Of a stretch of DNA of 64,000 bases, positions 27,713 to 35,805 are shown piece by piece. The notes below the pieces were generated by a model that did no database searches, had not been told where the DNA came from, and was given only the letters and a program-made list of their open reading frames with translations. Each line of letters opens with the position of its first letter. The first letter of the stretch is position 1. Origin of the DNA: a virus; IMG/VR virus record IMGVR_UViG_3300011116_000655, positions 13,870 to 77,869 of that record. One strand, 5' to 3'. A program made the position numbers and the translations under genes.

Positions 27713-28729
27713 TTACCAAGCTCTGCAAGACCAATAACGAGCTTTTGTTTTTGGTCCTGGGTTATCGCAATTATGTCTTGCTCTAAAAGATTTACGTCTT
27801 CCTGGTATGTTCTTTTTAATCTTCATGTTCTTATCGCCAAAGTTTACTTTTTTAACATTACCAGTTTTTGGATCTCGTACATAAACTTTGGATTTTTTAA
27901 CATCACCTTTCATTGGTTTATTAAGGGTTACTGTGCGACCTTGGTATTTTGCTTCTTGAATTATTGTTCTCTGACTTTCCAATAACTCTTGAAGGCAACC
28001 AGCGCAAACAAGTGTTCCATCGTCTAAATGGGCATCATCGTATTCTGTTGATTCAGAAACTACTTGCGCTCCGCTTTGTTGTAGTTCTTGACCAGTATCT
28101 GTAATAAACTTTGTTAAATCTCCTACTTTTGCTAAAGTAAGAGAATTTTTTAAATGTGTTACAAGTTCAAGTGCGTCTTTAAGTGAAACTAAGTTATTAG
28201 TCATACGTGCATTTGCTAAATTTGCTAAAATCATACTAGACAAAACAATAGTAGCAGATGCACCAGTAAATCTATTAAAACCTTTTGTTAAATCACCACC
28301 ACCTAATTTAGTAAGACCTTTTTGTGCCGCAGACAAAACAGCTTCAGTTGTTTTATAAATTGGTCCTGGTTTTTTTGCCTCTTGAATTTGAGTAAGCAAT
28401 AATTTAGCATTTTGTGCAGCTTCAATTGGATCATCATCTTGTAATACATTTTTCAACAAATAATCTATTGCTGCATCAATTTCTTTTTTAGAAATAAATG
28501 CTTGTAACTGACGGATAACACTTGGGTCACTAATAGACTTTCTTGTGTTATCAGATGGTCCTGGTTTCACAACTTTTTGGTTACTGAGAGCAATAATTTT
28601 TTGGATTGGGGTTTGTTGAGGAGCAACAGCTTGTGGTTGTTGTTGTGGGGCGGCTTGTTGTTCATTTAAATAAGTTCTCCAACCTTCCATTAAAAGTTGT
28701 TGATTTTGAAATGATGAAAATTTAGTCAT
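27713..28729 (-). CDS. Late multidomain protein with CTS-like N-terminus and C-terminal basic Cys-containing (DUF6321-like) domain
   Basis: QLLMEGWRTYLNE; CAGC; IQE/AKYQGRTVTLNKP...KKVNFG...RRKSFRARHNC...ARYWSCRAW; late motif at 28734-28741. Confidence 0.7.
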   Translation of the reverse strand: MTKFSSFQNQQLLMEGWRTYLNEQQAAPQQQPQAVAPQQTPIQKIIALSNQKVVKPGPSDNTRKSISDPSVIRQLQAFISKKEIDAAIDYLLKNVLQDDDPIEAAQNAKLLLTQIQEAKKPGPIYKTTEAVLSAAQKGLTKLGGGDLTKGFNRFTGASATIVLSSMILANLANARMTNNLVSLKDALELVTHLKNSLTLAKVGDLTKFITDTGQELQQSGAQVVSESTEYDDAHLDDGTLVCAGCLQELLESQRTIIQEAKYQGRTVTLNKPMKGDVKKSKVYVRDPKTGNVKKVNFGDKNMKIKKNIPGRRKSFRARHNCDNPGPKTKARYWSCRAW

Positions 28730-28736
28730 AACTTAA

Positions 28737-29609
28737 TTAGTCCTTTTTCTTCTTTTTAGTCCATGAAATTGGCTTAGATGATTGTTTTTTTCTTAATGGA
28801 CCTTTACCAGCAGATTTACATTGTGCTTTTGTTGGTCTACAAGCTGGATACTTGCCACCACTATCTGCGGAGCTTCTACCACATGGACCACCAGTTCTAC
28901 AATTTATCCAACCTTTTCCTTTATTACGAGCAAACCAACCATGAAGTCCTTGTTCTTTTTCTTTAGAGAAGTTTGGTTTGTATGGCTTTTTCTTTTTGGC
29001 TTCATCTAATTCTTCTTCAATTATTTCTATGTCACCAAGGTCTATTTCTTCATTCTTTTTTTTTCTGCCTTGACAATGTGCCCTTTGAGAAAAACCTTTT
29101 GGATTTTTGCAATTGATAGAACGTTTGTACTTTTCAGACCATTCTTCTTCAAGTACCTCTATTTCTTCTAAAACTAGTTGTTGATCTATTTCTTCATCTG
29201 TTGCATTCTCAGAAATACCTTTCCAGATCTTTCCTTGACGGCATTTAACAACAGCACCAGAAGCATAAGCAGAAGGCCAAACATCATATTTACGTTTGGC
29301 AATTCTTGTGCAACGATCACCACTTTTTTTCTTTTTTGCTTCTTGAAGATTTGAAAGAAATTGTTGTATTTTTGGTTTAATGTCAGCAGCAGTAATGCCT
29401 TTTTGTTTAGCACTTGCAACAACATTTTTTATGTCATTTTCTATTGCATCAACTGCTATCTGTATTTCATTATCTTTTTTTTCTGCTGGAGATAAATCTT
29501 CTGGCTTTACTTTAGCTTGTTGATTTGTGTTTGTAGTTTGTTGTACAGAAGCTGTATCTGCTTCTTGCAAAAATTGTTTCCAACTCTCTAAAATTAAATT
29601 ATATTTCAT
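28737..29609 (-). CDS. Late polyprotein-like protein with three basic Cys-containing modules (DUF5872-like)
   Basis: Start MKYNLILESWKQFLQE at 29609; modules DRC..KYDVWPSAYASGAVVKC, WSEKYKRSINC..PKGFSQRAHC, WINC..GGPCG..KYPACRP..C; late motif at 29615-29622. Confidence 0.7.
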   Translation of the reverse strand: MKYNLILESWKQFLQEADTASVQQTTNTNQQAKVKPEDLSPAEKKDNEIQIAVDAIENDIKNVVASAKQKGITAADIKPKIQQFLSNLQEAKKKKSGDRCTRIAKRKYDVWPSAYASGAVVKCRQGKIWKGISENATDEEIDQQLVLEEIEVLEEEWSEKYKRSINCKNPKGFSQRAHCQGRKKKNEEIDLGDIEIIEEELDEAKKKKPYKPNFSKEKEQGLHGWFARNKGKGWINCRTGGPCGRSSADSGGKYPACRPTKAQCKSAGKGPLRKKQSSKPISWTKKKKKD

Positions 29610-29613
29610 ACCT

Positions 29614-30570
29614 CTAAGTAGTATTGTTAGCCACAATTTTCTTAAAACAAGTCATTAAAGATGAAAAATCTACAACACCAAAACCATCTTGCATTGACAT
29701 ACGCCTAAATTCAAGTTGGTTTAACTGTGGTTCAAAGTTCTCAACAAGTTCATCAATCTGTTGTTTTGTTTGATAGGAGATTTGTGGAGAGGAAAGCTGC
29801 ATGATGCGATAGTTATCTCTAATCACCTCAAAAGATGATGCGATACTTTCAAAAGCTTTACCTTCCTTATCTTTACAAAATTCTGTAACATCATTAGGAA
29901 GATAAGACTTCTCTTCAACAAGCATAGGAATTTTCTTAGCTATTGTAGCCATTCCAACACCTTTAACACCTTTAAGATTATCGCTATCATCACCAGCTAT
30001 TGCTCTTGCTAAAGCAAAGTTGTTAGGATGAACACCATACTTTTCAATAATTTTAGATACATTCAGCAGTTCTTCTTGAATAGGACGATAAAGAATTGTT
30101 TTACCATCAATAAGCTGAATAAAATCTTTGTCTGATGACACAATTACCTTTTGCCAACGCTTATAATGTTGATGGTTCACAACATAAGAAATAAGATCAT
30201 CTGCTTCAATGTTTGGATACAGTAGTTGAATCACAGGCATTTGATTAAAATACTCTGCAACTCTTGTTTGTTGCCAAATTCTATTAGCAATCTCTTCGTT
30301 CTCTGTAAGATTACGAACATCACGATTAAGACGAAGAGGGTTTCTACCATCTTTGTAATTTGAATTCATAATTTTACGTTTTTTGGAACCACCTTCACCA
30401 TCCCAACAAACATATATAAGATCTGGGTTTATAGTATTGCATAGCTTCTGCATAATTTTAAGAAAGCCAACAACACCACCTACAGGTTGACCGTTTGGTG
30501 AAAGAGTAGGATTTGTTATGTATGCACGCAAATATTGATTGTTTGCGTCTACCACCATCATTCTTGGCAT
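29614..30570 (-). CDS. 5'-3' exonuclease / RNase H (FEN/PIN family)
   Basis: VVDANN, CWDG, YKDGR, EADD, SSDKDF.QL, GDDSDNLKGVKGVG; start MPRMMVVD at 30570. Confidence 0.92.
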   Translation of the reverse strand: MPRMMVVDANNQYLRAYITNPTLSPNGQPVGGVVGFLKIMQKLCNTINPDLIYVCWDGEGGSKKRKIMNSNYKDGRNPLRLNRDVRNLTENEEIANRIWQQTRVAEYFNQMPVIQLLYPNIEADDLISYVVNHQHYKRWQKVIVSSDKDFIQLIDGKTILYRPIQEELLNVSKIIEKYGVHPNNFALARAIAGDDSDNLKGVKGVGMATIAKKIPMLVEEKSYLPNDVTEFCKDKEGKAFESIASSFEVIRDNYRIMQLSSPQISYQTKQQIDELVENFEPQLNQLEFRRMSMQDGFGVVDFSSLMTCFKKIVANNTT

Positions 30571-30788
30571 TTTAAATCCTCCATTAGAAAATAATGACAT
30601 TGCTCGTCTTCCATAGTCCAAACATAGCACAATTCTGGGTATGCTGTTACAACAACACCCAGAATACTAAATTCAGAGATTAATGATAATTGATTATTTT
30701 TACGATGAATAATAAGTTGTGAAGTATAAGACTTTGCGTACCTATTTATCCATACCAAATCGCCTTCTTGTGGTTGAGTGTTCATCAC
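30558..30788 (-). CDS. Small SH3-like hypothetical protein
   Basis: PQEGDLVWI...GVVV. Confidence 0.55.
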   Translation of the reverse strand: MMNTQPQEGDLVWINRYAKSYTSQLIIHRKNNQLSLISEFSILGVVVTAYPELCYVWTMEDEQCHYFLMEDLKCQE

Positions 30789-31128
30789 ATGCTGTCTCTA
30801 TGTTATAGCCCCACTTTGAAACTTTTGCAGGGGCACCGCAAAACTCACAAATAGTATAAGACATTTTCTCTGCGTCTGCAATTATACTATAAACATAATT
30901 AACATCAGTAGGATCTATCTCTTCAATAGAGATGTAATAGCGAAGACCACCAAACTTTTGCTTAACTTGAACAGCATGGATATAGCTAGATTCTGGGTAC
31001 TTGTTGTTTATTACTTCAATCTTTGCAGAAACATCATCAATAAGATGCTTCCAACCTTCATTGCATTCAAAATAGCCAAGAACTTTAAAAGTCTTAGGAT
31101 ACTTTTCCAGTATTTCAGTTTCCCACAT
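30742..31128 (-). CDS. Conserved phage hypothetical protein (K(E/Q)KFGGLR family)
   Basis: EGW..LI...QVKQKFGGLRYY...ICEFCG; start MWETEIL. Confidence 0.75.
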   Translation of the reverse strand: MWETEILEKYPKTFKVLGYFECNEGWKHLIDDVSAKIEVINNKYPESSYIHAVQVKQKFGGLRYYISIEEIDPTDVNYVYSIIADAEKMSYTICEFCGAPAKVSKWGYNIETACDEHSTTRRRFGMDK

Positions 31129-31423
31129 TTTGTTTCTCCTTAAGCACAATATCGCCTACTGCTTTAATTGTGTTTAGTGCAATGTCGCTAATAGAAAATG
31201 GCTTACCACTATTTTGCAGTTCAAAAATAGTATTCATCATAACATCGTAAGATACAGCCATAGCATAATGAAAAGCACCAAGTTCTTCATTAGCTTGAGT
31301 TTGATTTACTTTACGAGTTGAAGTAGATCCGTTTTTCTTGTATACAACCCAAAAACCACTTTCTGCATTTTCCCAAGGATAACGGAATTCTTCGTATGTG
31401 TATGGCTTATAGCTATTACTCAT
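31115..31423 (-). CDS. Hypothetical protein
   Basis: 102 aa ORF packed in the operon. Confidence 0.6.
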   Translation of the reverse strand: MSNSYKPYTYEEFRYPWENAESGFWVVYKKNGSTSTRKVNQTQANEELGAFHYAMAVSYDVMMNTIFELQNSGKPFSISDIALNTIKAVGDIVLKEKQNVGN

Positions 31424-31838
31424 TGTAAATCCTCATGGACTCAATCTCACCGTTCTCGTTAGAGTATACTACCTTCTTAACACCAACAAACTGCATAGCA
31501 GCCTCGCACATAGGACAAGGCTTAGAGTTACGAAGGCAACCATCACGACCAACGCGAACAACATAAATAGTTGCACCCTCAGTAATAGAACGATCAAGAC
31601 CAAGGATAGCACCAATCTCAGCATGAACAGTAGCATGACCACGCTGCTTCTTACTATCGCGGAATCGATTAGCCCAAGCCTTATACTTGTTCTTATTACA
31701 AGAAGTGTTCAAAACAGTACCACCGCGAACAAGCACGGCACCATGCTTATACTCCTTAAAATCGGTCTGCATAGCAATTCGTGCAGCAAGATCAATGTAA
31801 CGCTGCTTCTTCTTGGACAACTTCGGGTCAGACTCCAT
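31416..31838 (-). CDS. Zinc-dependent cytidine/dCMP deaminase family
   Basis: HGAVLV, HAE, ATIYV.R, SKPCPMC, KKVVYS; start MESDPK at 31838. Confidence 0.85.
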   Translation of the reverse strand: MESDPKLSKKKQRYIDLAARIAMQTDFKEYKHGAVLVRGGTVLNTSCNKNKYKAWANRFRDSKKQRGHATVHAEIGAILGLDRSITEGATIYVVRVGRDGCLRNSKPCPMCEAAMQFVGVKKVVYSNENGEIESMRIYNE

Positions 31839-31862
31839 GATGTTCTTCTCTCCAACACATAG

Positions 31863-31903
31863 ATAGTAACAAAGCCCCATAGGGAAGTCAACCCTATGGA
31901 GCC
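31863..31903 (-). terminator. recA terminator with embedded sigma70 promoter
   Basis: Stem GGCTCCATAGGG/CCCTATGGGGCT; TTGACT in the loop, then 17 nt to TACTAT with an extended TGn. Confidence 0.7.
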
Positions 31904-31922
31904 TGTTTCTTTTTACTTACTT

Positions 31923-33047
31923 TTAGTCTTCGCTTTCTATGTTGTAATAATTTGAAGCGTTACCAGTTTGCTTATCAAATTTGGTAATAAGTTCTTCTTC
32001 CACAATACTTAAAACTGCCTTTCTAAAATCTTCGTTATTTAATTCGTTAGGAAAGTCTGCTGATCTAAATCTCTTTTCTGTCCCATCAAGAAGTGTAATT
32101 GTCCACCATGCACCACTTGAAGCTCTATCAGATTTAGAAAGAATGTCAAGCCAAGCTTCATGATCTGATACTTCTACTCTCTCACCACCCCATAGTAGTT
32201 TAAGTGAGCATTCTCTACCCTCTGTTCCAAAACGTGATTTTTTAAGAACACATTTAGTTTCTGAACCAATTCTAAATCCTGTTGGTGATACAACATAACT
32301 TGCTTTACTTTTCTTTGGAGTAAGCCAAATTCTAAGTGAATAAGCGTATGAGAGTGCTTTACCGCCTGGAGTTATAAATGGGTTTACAAGCATTTCTGTG
32401 TGTGCTGTTGGACCCATTACAATGTTTTGTTTTAACTGATTCAAAACAAGGAAAGAACTTCTTTTGTTTGCAATTGGTTGAATAAGCTTTGCAAGACCCT
32501 TTGACATAATTCTTGGTTTTACAGCCATTGAAGATTGTGGATTAAAGTCACCTTCAAGGTCTGCAAGCGATGGAGTAAATGCAAATGAGTCAAGAATGAA
32601 TAGAAATCTATCACCTTCTCCAAGAAGTTGTTCGATAGTTTCAAGAACAAACTCAATATTAATTGCTTGTGTGTAAATAATCTCACCTACATTACATCCT
32701 GCTTTTGCAAGAAAGGATGGATCTAGAGCAGATTCTGAGTCAAAGTAAACTACAGTCATGCCCATTTTCTGGGCATTAGCAGCAATCTGAGCAGCAAAGT
32801 AAGATTTACCAGAAGCTTCAATACCAGCTAGTTCTGTAATACGACCTACAGGAATACCAGCTTTCTTACCTCTACAAATAATTGAATCTAATACGTCAGA
32901 ACCTGTTGGAATCCATTCAACTACTTCTGATGGGTTTTGTTCAAGAAGATCAAAAGATACTTCAATACCTGCTTTTTTGTTAATTGCATCTCTCATTTGT
33001 GCAATAGATAATTTACCATTTGTTGTTGTTTGAGTTTTTTTAGCCAT
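31923..33047 (-). CDS. recA: RecA/UvsX recombinase
   Basis: WIPTGS..LD, GRITELAGIEASGKS, YFDSE.ALD, ILDS, LNQL, TPGGKAL; start MAKKTQ at 33047. Confidence 0.93.
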   Translation of the reverse strand: MAKKTQTTTNGKLSIAQMRDAINKKAGIEVSFDLLEQNPSEVVEWIPTGSDVLDSIICRGKKAGIPVGRITELAGIEASGKSYFAAQIAANAQKMGMTVVYFDSESALDPSFLAKAGCNVGEIIYTQAINIEFVLETIEQLLGEGDRFLFILDSFAFTPSLADLEGDFNPQSSMAVKPRIMSKGLAKLIQPIANKRSSFLVLNQLKQNIVMGPTAHTEMLVNPFITPGGKALSYAYSLRIWLTPKKSKASYVVSPTGFRIGSETKCVLKKSRFGTEGRECSLKLLWGGERVEVSDHEAWLDILSKSDRASSGAWWTITLLDGTEKRFRSADFPNELNNEDFRKAVLSIVEEELITKFDKQTGNASNYYNIESED

Positions 33048-33069
33048 TTGTATCCTTATGTTAAATGAA

Positions 33070-33113
33070 AACGGGTGTACCATAAAGATACACCCGTTCT
33101 GTTATTTAGTCAA
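33070..33113 (-). terminator. SSB-gene terminator with embedded sigma70 promoter for recA
   Basis: AACGGGTGTA/TACACCCGTT stem; TTGACT-17 nt-TATCTT. Confidence 0.7.
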
Positions 33114-33117
33114 CAGA

Positions 33118-33912
33118 TTAGTCGTCTGTTCCTGTGAAATCACCAAACGCTTCATCTACAGAAGAGCTAGATTTCTTGGCTTTTGTACCACCCTTGACGA
33201 TTTCGCGTGAATCAGCTTCTGCACTCTCGTCAGAAGAAAGTGCTGCGTCAAGAATACGCTGGACTTCCTGTGTGCTTTGACGAGGATAAAGTGTGGAGAA
33301 ATCTGGAATGGTATCAAGAATCTCCTTGCACTTAGCTGGACCACCGTATTCTGGAGAACAAAGTGGTGAAGATTTACGACGAGGAGTAATCTTAGTCTCT
33401 GGGAACTGATCTTTTGCACCAGCAGGAGGCTTAGTGTAATCAATTACAAGGTCAAGACCATCCTGTGGGTCAGTAATGTCACCATACTCTGGGTTAAGTA
33501 CAAGTCCTACCATAGTCTCATAAGCACGCTTACCGTATTCCCAAACCTGTACACCTTTTGCTTCTTCTCCACGAACAAGTACGGGAGACATAAAACGCTG
33601 CTTGGGGAAAAGCTCTTTTGCCATTTTCTGGCTTGACTTGTCCTCATTAGCTGTTCCTTCCTTCCAAAGCTGTGAAGCAAAGTTACAGACAGGACATTCA
33701 TCGCCAAAGTTCTTCTTGGGACAAAGAACAGTCTTACCACCTACCTTATAATGGAAGAAAAGCTCCTTGAATGGATCGCCGTCTTCAGTTGGAACAATAC
33801 GAATAGAGTGTTGTCCCTCTTCCATCTTCCACTTTACAGATGTGGAAGCCTCTTTACCGTTGTTGGCAAGTTTATCAAGTTTTGCCTTCATTTTGCTCAT
33901 ATCAATAGCCAT
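33118..33912 (-). CDS. T4 gp32-like single-stranded DNA-binding protein
   Basis: IRIVP...FFHY...CP....CPVC, V.VWEYGK, YGDITDP.DG.D, acidic C-terminus. Confidence 0.85.
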   Translation of the reverse strand: MAIDMSKMKAKLDKLANNGKEASTSVKWKMEEGQHSIRIVPTEDGDPFKELFFHYKVGGKTVLCPKKNFGDECPVCNFASQLWKEGTANEDKSSQKMAKELFPKQRFMSPVLVRGEEAKGVQVWEYGKRAYETMVGLVLNPEYGDITDPQDGLDLVIDYTKPPAGAKDQFPETKITPRRKSSPLCSPEYGGPAKCKEILDTIPDFSTLYPRQSTQEVQRILDAALSSDESAEADSREIVKGGTKAKKSSSSVDEAFGDFTGTDD

Positions 33913-33979
33913 TTTATTGTCTCCTTAGTTGTTTGTTAAGTACGATTGAACAAATCTCTTCAATCGCCGCATTCTTATT

Positions 33980-34231
33980 CTATTCACTCAATACGCTTTC
34001 GTCAAGGTCTGTTTCCAGAATCTCTCCTACTAGCGTTTTATGATTGAAGATTCGGAATTCCTTACTCTCCAGATCATAAACCATTTCTGACCCATCGGGA
34101 AGTGTTCTAACTTTCCCTGTGCCCTTCACCATTCCTTCTAACATGGTTCTTGGTAGGTCTGCAACCTTCATAAAAGACATTGTTCTTTGAGAACCGTCTT
34201 TCTTTATAAATGTACCTTTATACGACTTCAT
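33980..34231 (-). CDS. Small SH3/WYL-like (DUF2693-like) protein
   Basis: F.KKDGS.R.M...VYDLE.KEFR.FN. Confidence 0.6.
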   Translation of the reverse strand: MKSYKGTFIKKDGSQRTMSFMKVADLPRTMLEGMVKGTGKVRTLPDGSEMVYDLESKEFRIFNHKTLVGEILETDLDESVLSE

Positions 34232-35028
34232 TAGTGCCTCTGTATGTGTGGTGACTTTTTAACAATGTAACAATAATTTACATCAAATGAAGTTGAATAA
34301 ACACCAAAACTATTCTTTACAAATTCTTCCGTTTTAGTGTCCATTTGTTTTACCAGCTTATCAAACAGGTCACCATCTGTTTGAAGTTGTTTTTCATTAA
34401 TACAGTAATAGTATCTCTTCTCTCTACACTCGTCAAGGTTGAAAAACAAACTTTCATTACCGTTATCAACATCCATTATACCTATAGTATTTATACAATA
34501 AGTTGGTAGTGATTCTAATTCATTACCTAAAACTGGTTCATTATGGTCAAGAAAATTTATCATATGTATTGTATCTGCAATAACTGTATTTAATTTATCG
34601 TAATACCCAACAATAGGTATTTTACCAACCATCTTCGCAACATCTTCATAAGTTATTATAAACATTGAATCAAATCTTTTTGATCTTGTATACTCTTGAA
34701 GAACATTATAAACAATTTTATCTGTTGTTTTTTGAAGATCTGTTAAAAATTTTGTACTTGGTTTAACATAAAAAATTCTTATGTTACTATCCTTATACTT
34801 TTCTAAAACTCTTAACGAAGCGGAACAAACTATTTCATCACCACTTACAATAAAATCAATGTCAGTATCATCACTATTAAAAATAATAGGCTCATGATTT
34901 GTTTTTTCATCGTATTTCTCTGGGTGATCTTGTTGCTCAACTACTACCTTATAGATTTTGTATTGTGGGTACTTGCTAAATTTATCTGCTATGTTGTGTG
35001 CTGTTTTACCTAACGCAAGAATGTTCAT
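34231..35028 (-). CDS. Divergent tubulin/FtsZ (PhuZ/TubZ)-like protein
   Basis: NILALGKTAHNIADKF (T1 loop), FIVSG...SAS (degenerate T4 loop), FYVKP, SMFII, YYDKLN.VIA. Confidence 0.55.
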   Translation of the reverse strand: MNILALGKTAHNIADKFSKYPQYKIYKVVVEQQDHPEKYDEKTNHEPIIFNSDDTDIDFIVSGDEIVCSASLRVLEKYKDSNIRIFYVKPSTKFLTDLQKTTDKIVYNVLQEYTRSKRFDSMFIITYEDVAKMVGKIPIVGYYDKLNTVIADTIHMINFLDHNEPVLGNELESLPTYCINTIGIMDVDNGNESLFFNLDECREKRYYYCINEKQLQTDGDLFDKLVKQMDTKTEEFVKNSFGVYSTSFDVNYCYIVKKSPHIQRH

Positions 35029-35429
35029 TCATAACCCATAGGAATCTGTAATGCAGTAGCAATAATTTCTTTAACGTATGGAGTTTTATTTTCTAAATCA
35101 TCTAAATCCTTATACTCAACCCATTTATGATCACAATGTTCATAATTAAGTTTTATATCACCTTGTACATCATCACAACGATAAATAAACATTTTACCAC
35201 TTTTAGCTTTACGAACACCACAGTATTTAATTCTACCATCTAGTTCTGTTTCTTCTTTAAGCTCTCTTCTAGCAGCTTTATAGGGTGCTTCACCTTTTTC
35301 TACATGACCACCTGGAAATGACCAATGTAATGGTTTCCATGTATCTGTTTTGGATCTTTTAATTAAGAGAATTTTATTTTTATCTATTACAACAACTACA
35401 ACTGAATCTTCGGTATCTTTTTCTTCCAT
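35025..35429 (-). CDS. Nudix hydrolase (MutT-like)
   Basis: Nudix box GGHVEKGEAPYKAARRELKEETEL; LNYEH...KW. Confidence 0.92.
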   Translation of the reverse strand: MEEKDTEDSVVVVVIDKNKILLIKRSKTDTWKPLHWSFPGGHVEKGEAPYKAARRELKEETELDGRIKYCGVRKAKSGKMFIYRCDDVQGDIKLNYEHCDHKWVEYKDLDDLENKTPYVKEIIATALQIPMGYE

Positions 35430-35436
35430 TTTGATC

Positions 35437-35805
35437 CTACTTTAGTAATTCTTTAATAACCTCTTTTACAATTTCTTCAAGAAGGTTTTCTTTCATGTGT
35501 TTAAAGTATTGTACTTGTTTTTCTCTTTTTTCTGCACCTTTTCTAGAATCATAACAGCCAAGATTCTTACCACTCTTTTTTGATTTCAAACAATACTTAG
35601 AACCTTGTTTAACAATGTGTTCACCAATAGGAGGAGCAGATTTAGAACGTTCCATAGATGGTTTTTCACTATAAGGGGCACCAGCGGGTTGATTGCCATG
35701 ACCAATAACTCTTTTCTTTTTACGACTGTGCCCTGCCTTCATCTTTCTCTGAAAAGGCTCTGTCTGTTCTAATAAGTCTCTAAGTTGTTGTACTAAAGGG
35801 TCCAT
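35437..35805 (-). CDS. Basic late protein, putative two-module internal-head polyprotein
   Basis: LLE/QTEPFQRKMK...; IGE/HIVKQGSKYCLKSKKSGKNLGCY...; C-terminal LLEEIVKEVIKELLK. Confidence 0.65.
   Translation of the reverse strand: MDPLVQQLRDLLEQTEPFQRKMKAGHSRKKKRVIGHGNQPAGAPYSEKPSMERSKSAPPIGEHIVKQGSKYCLKSKKSGKNLGCYDSRKGAEKREKQVQYFKHMKENLLEEIVKEVIKELLK

Noticed and set aside
31564-31571. Late-motif matches inside coding regions (also near 17512 and 48482)
   Set aside because: They arise from (T/S)-I-Y codons and are not positioned near starts; probably chance in AT-rich DNA.
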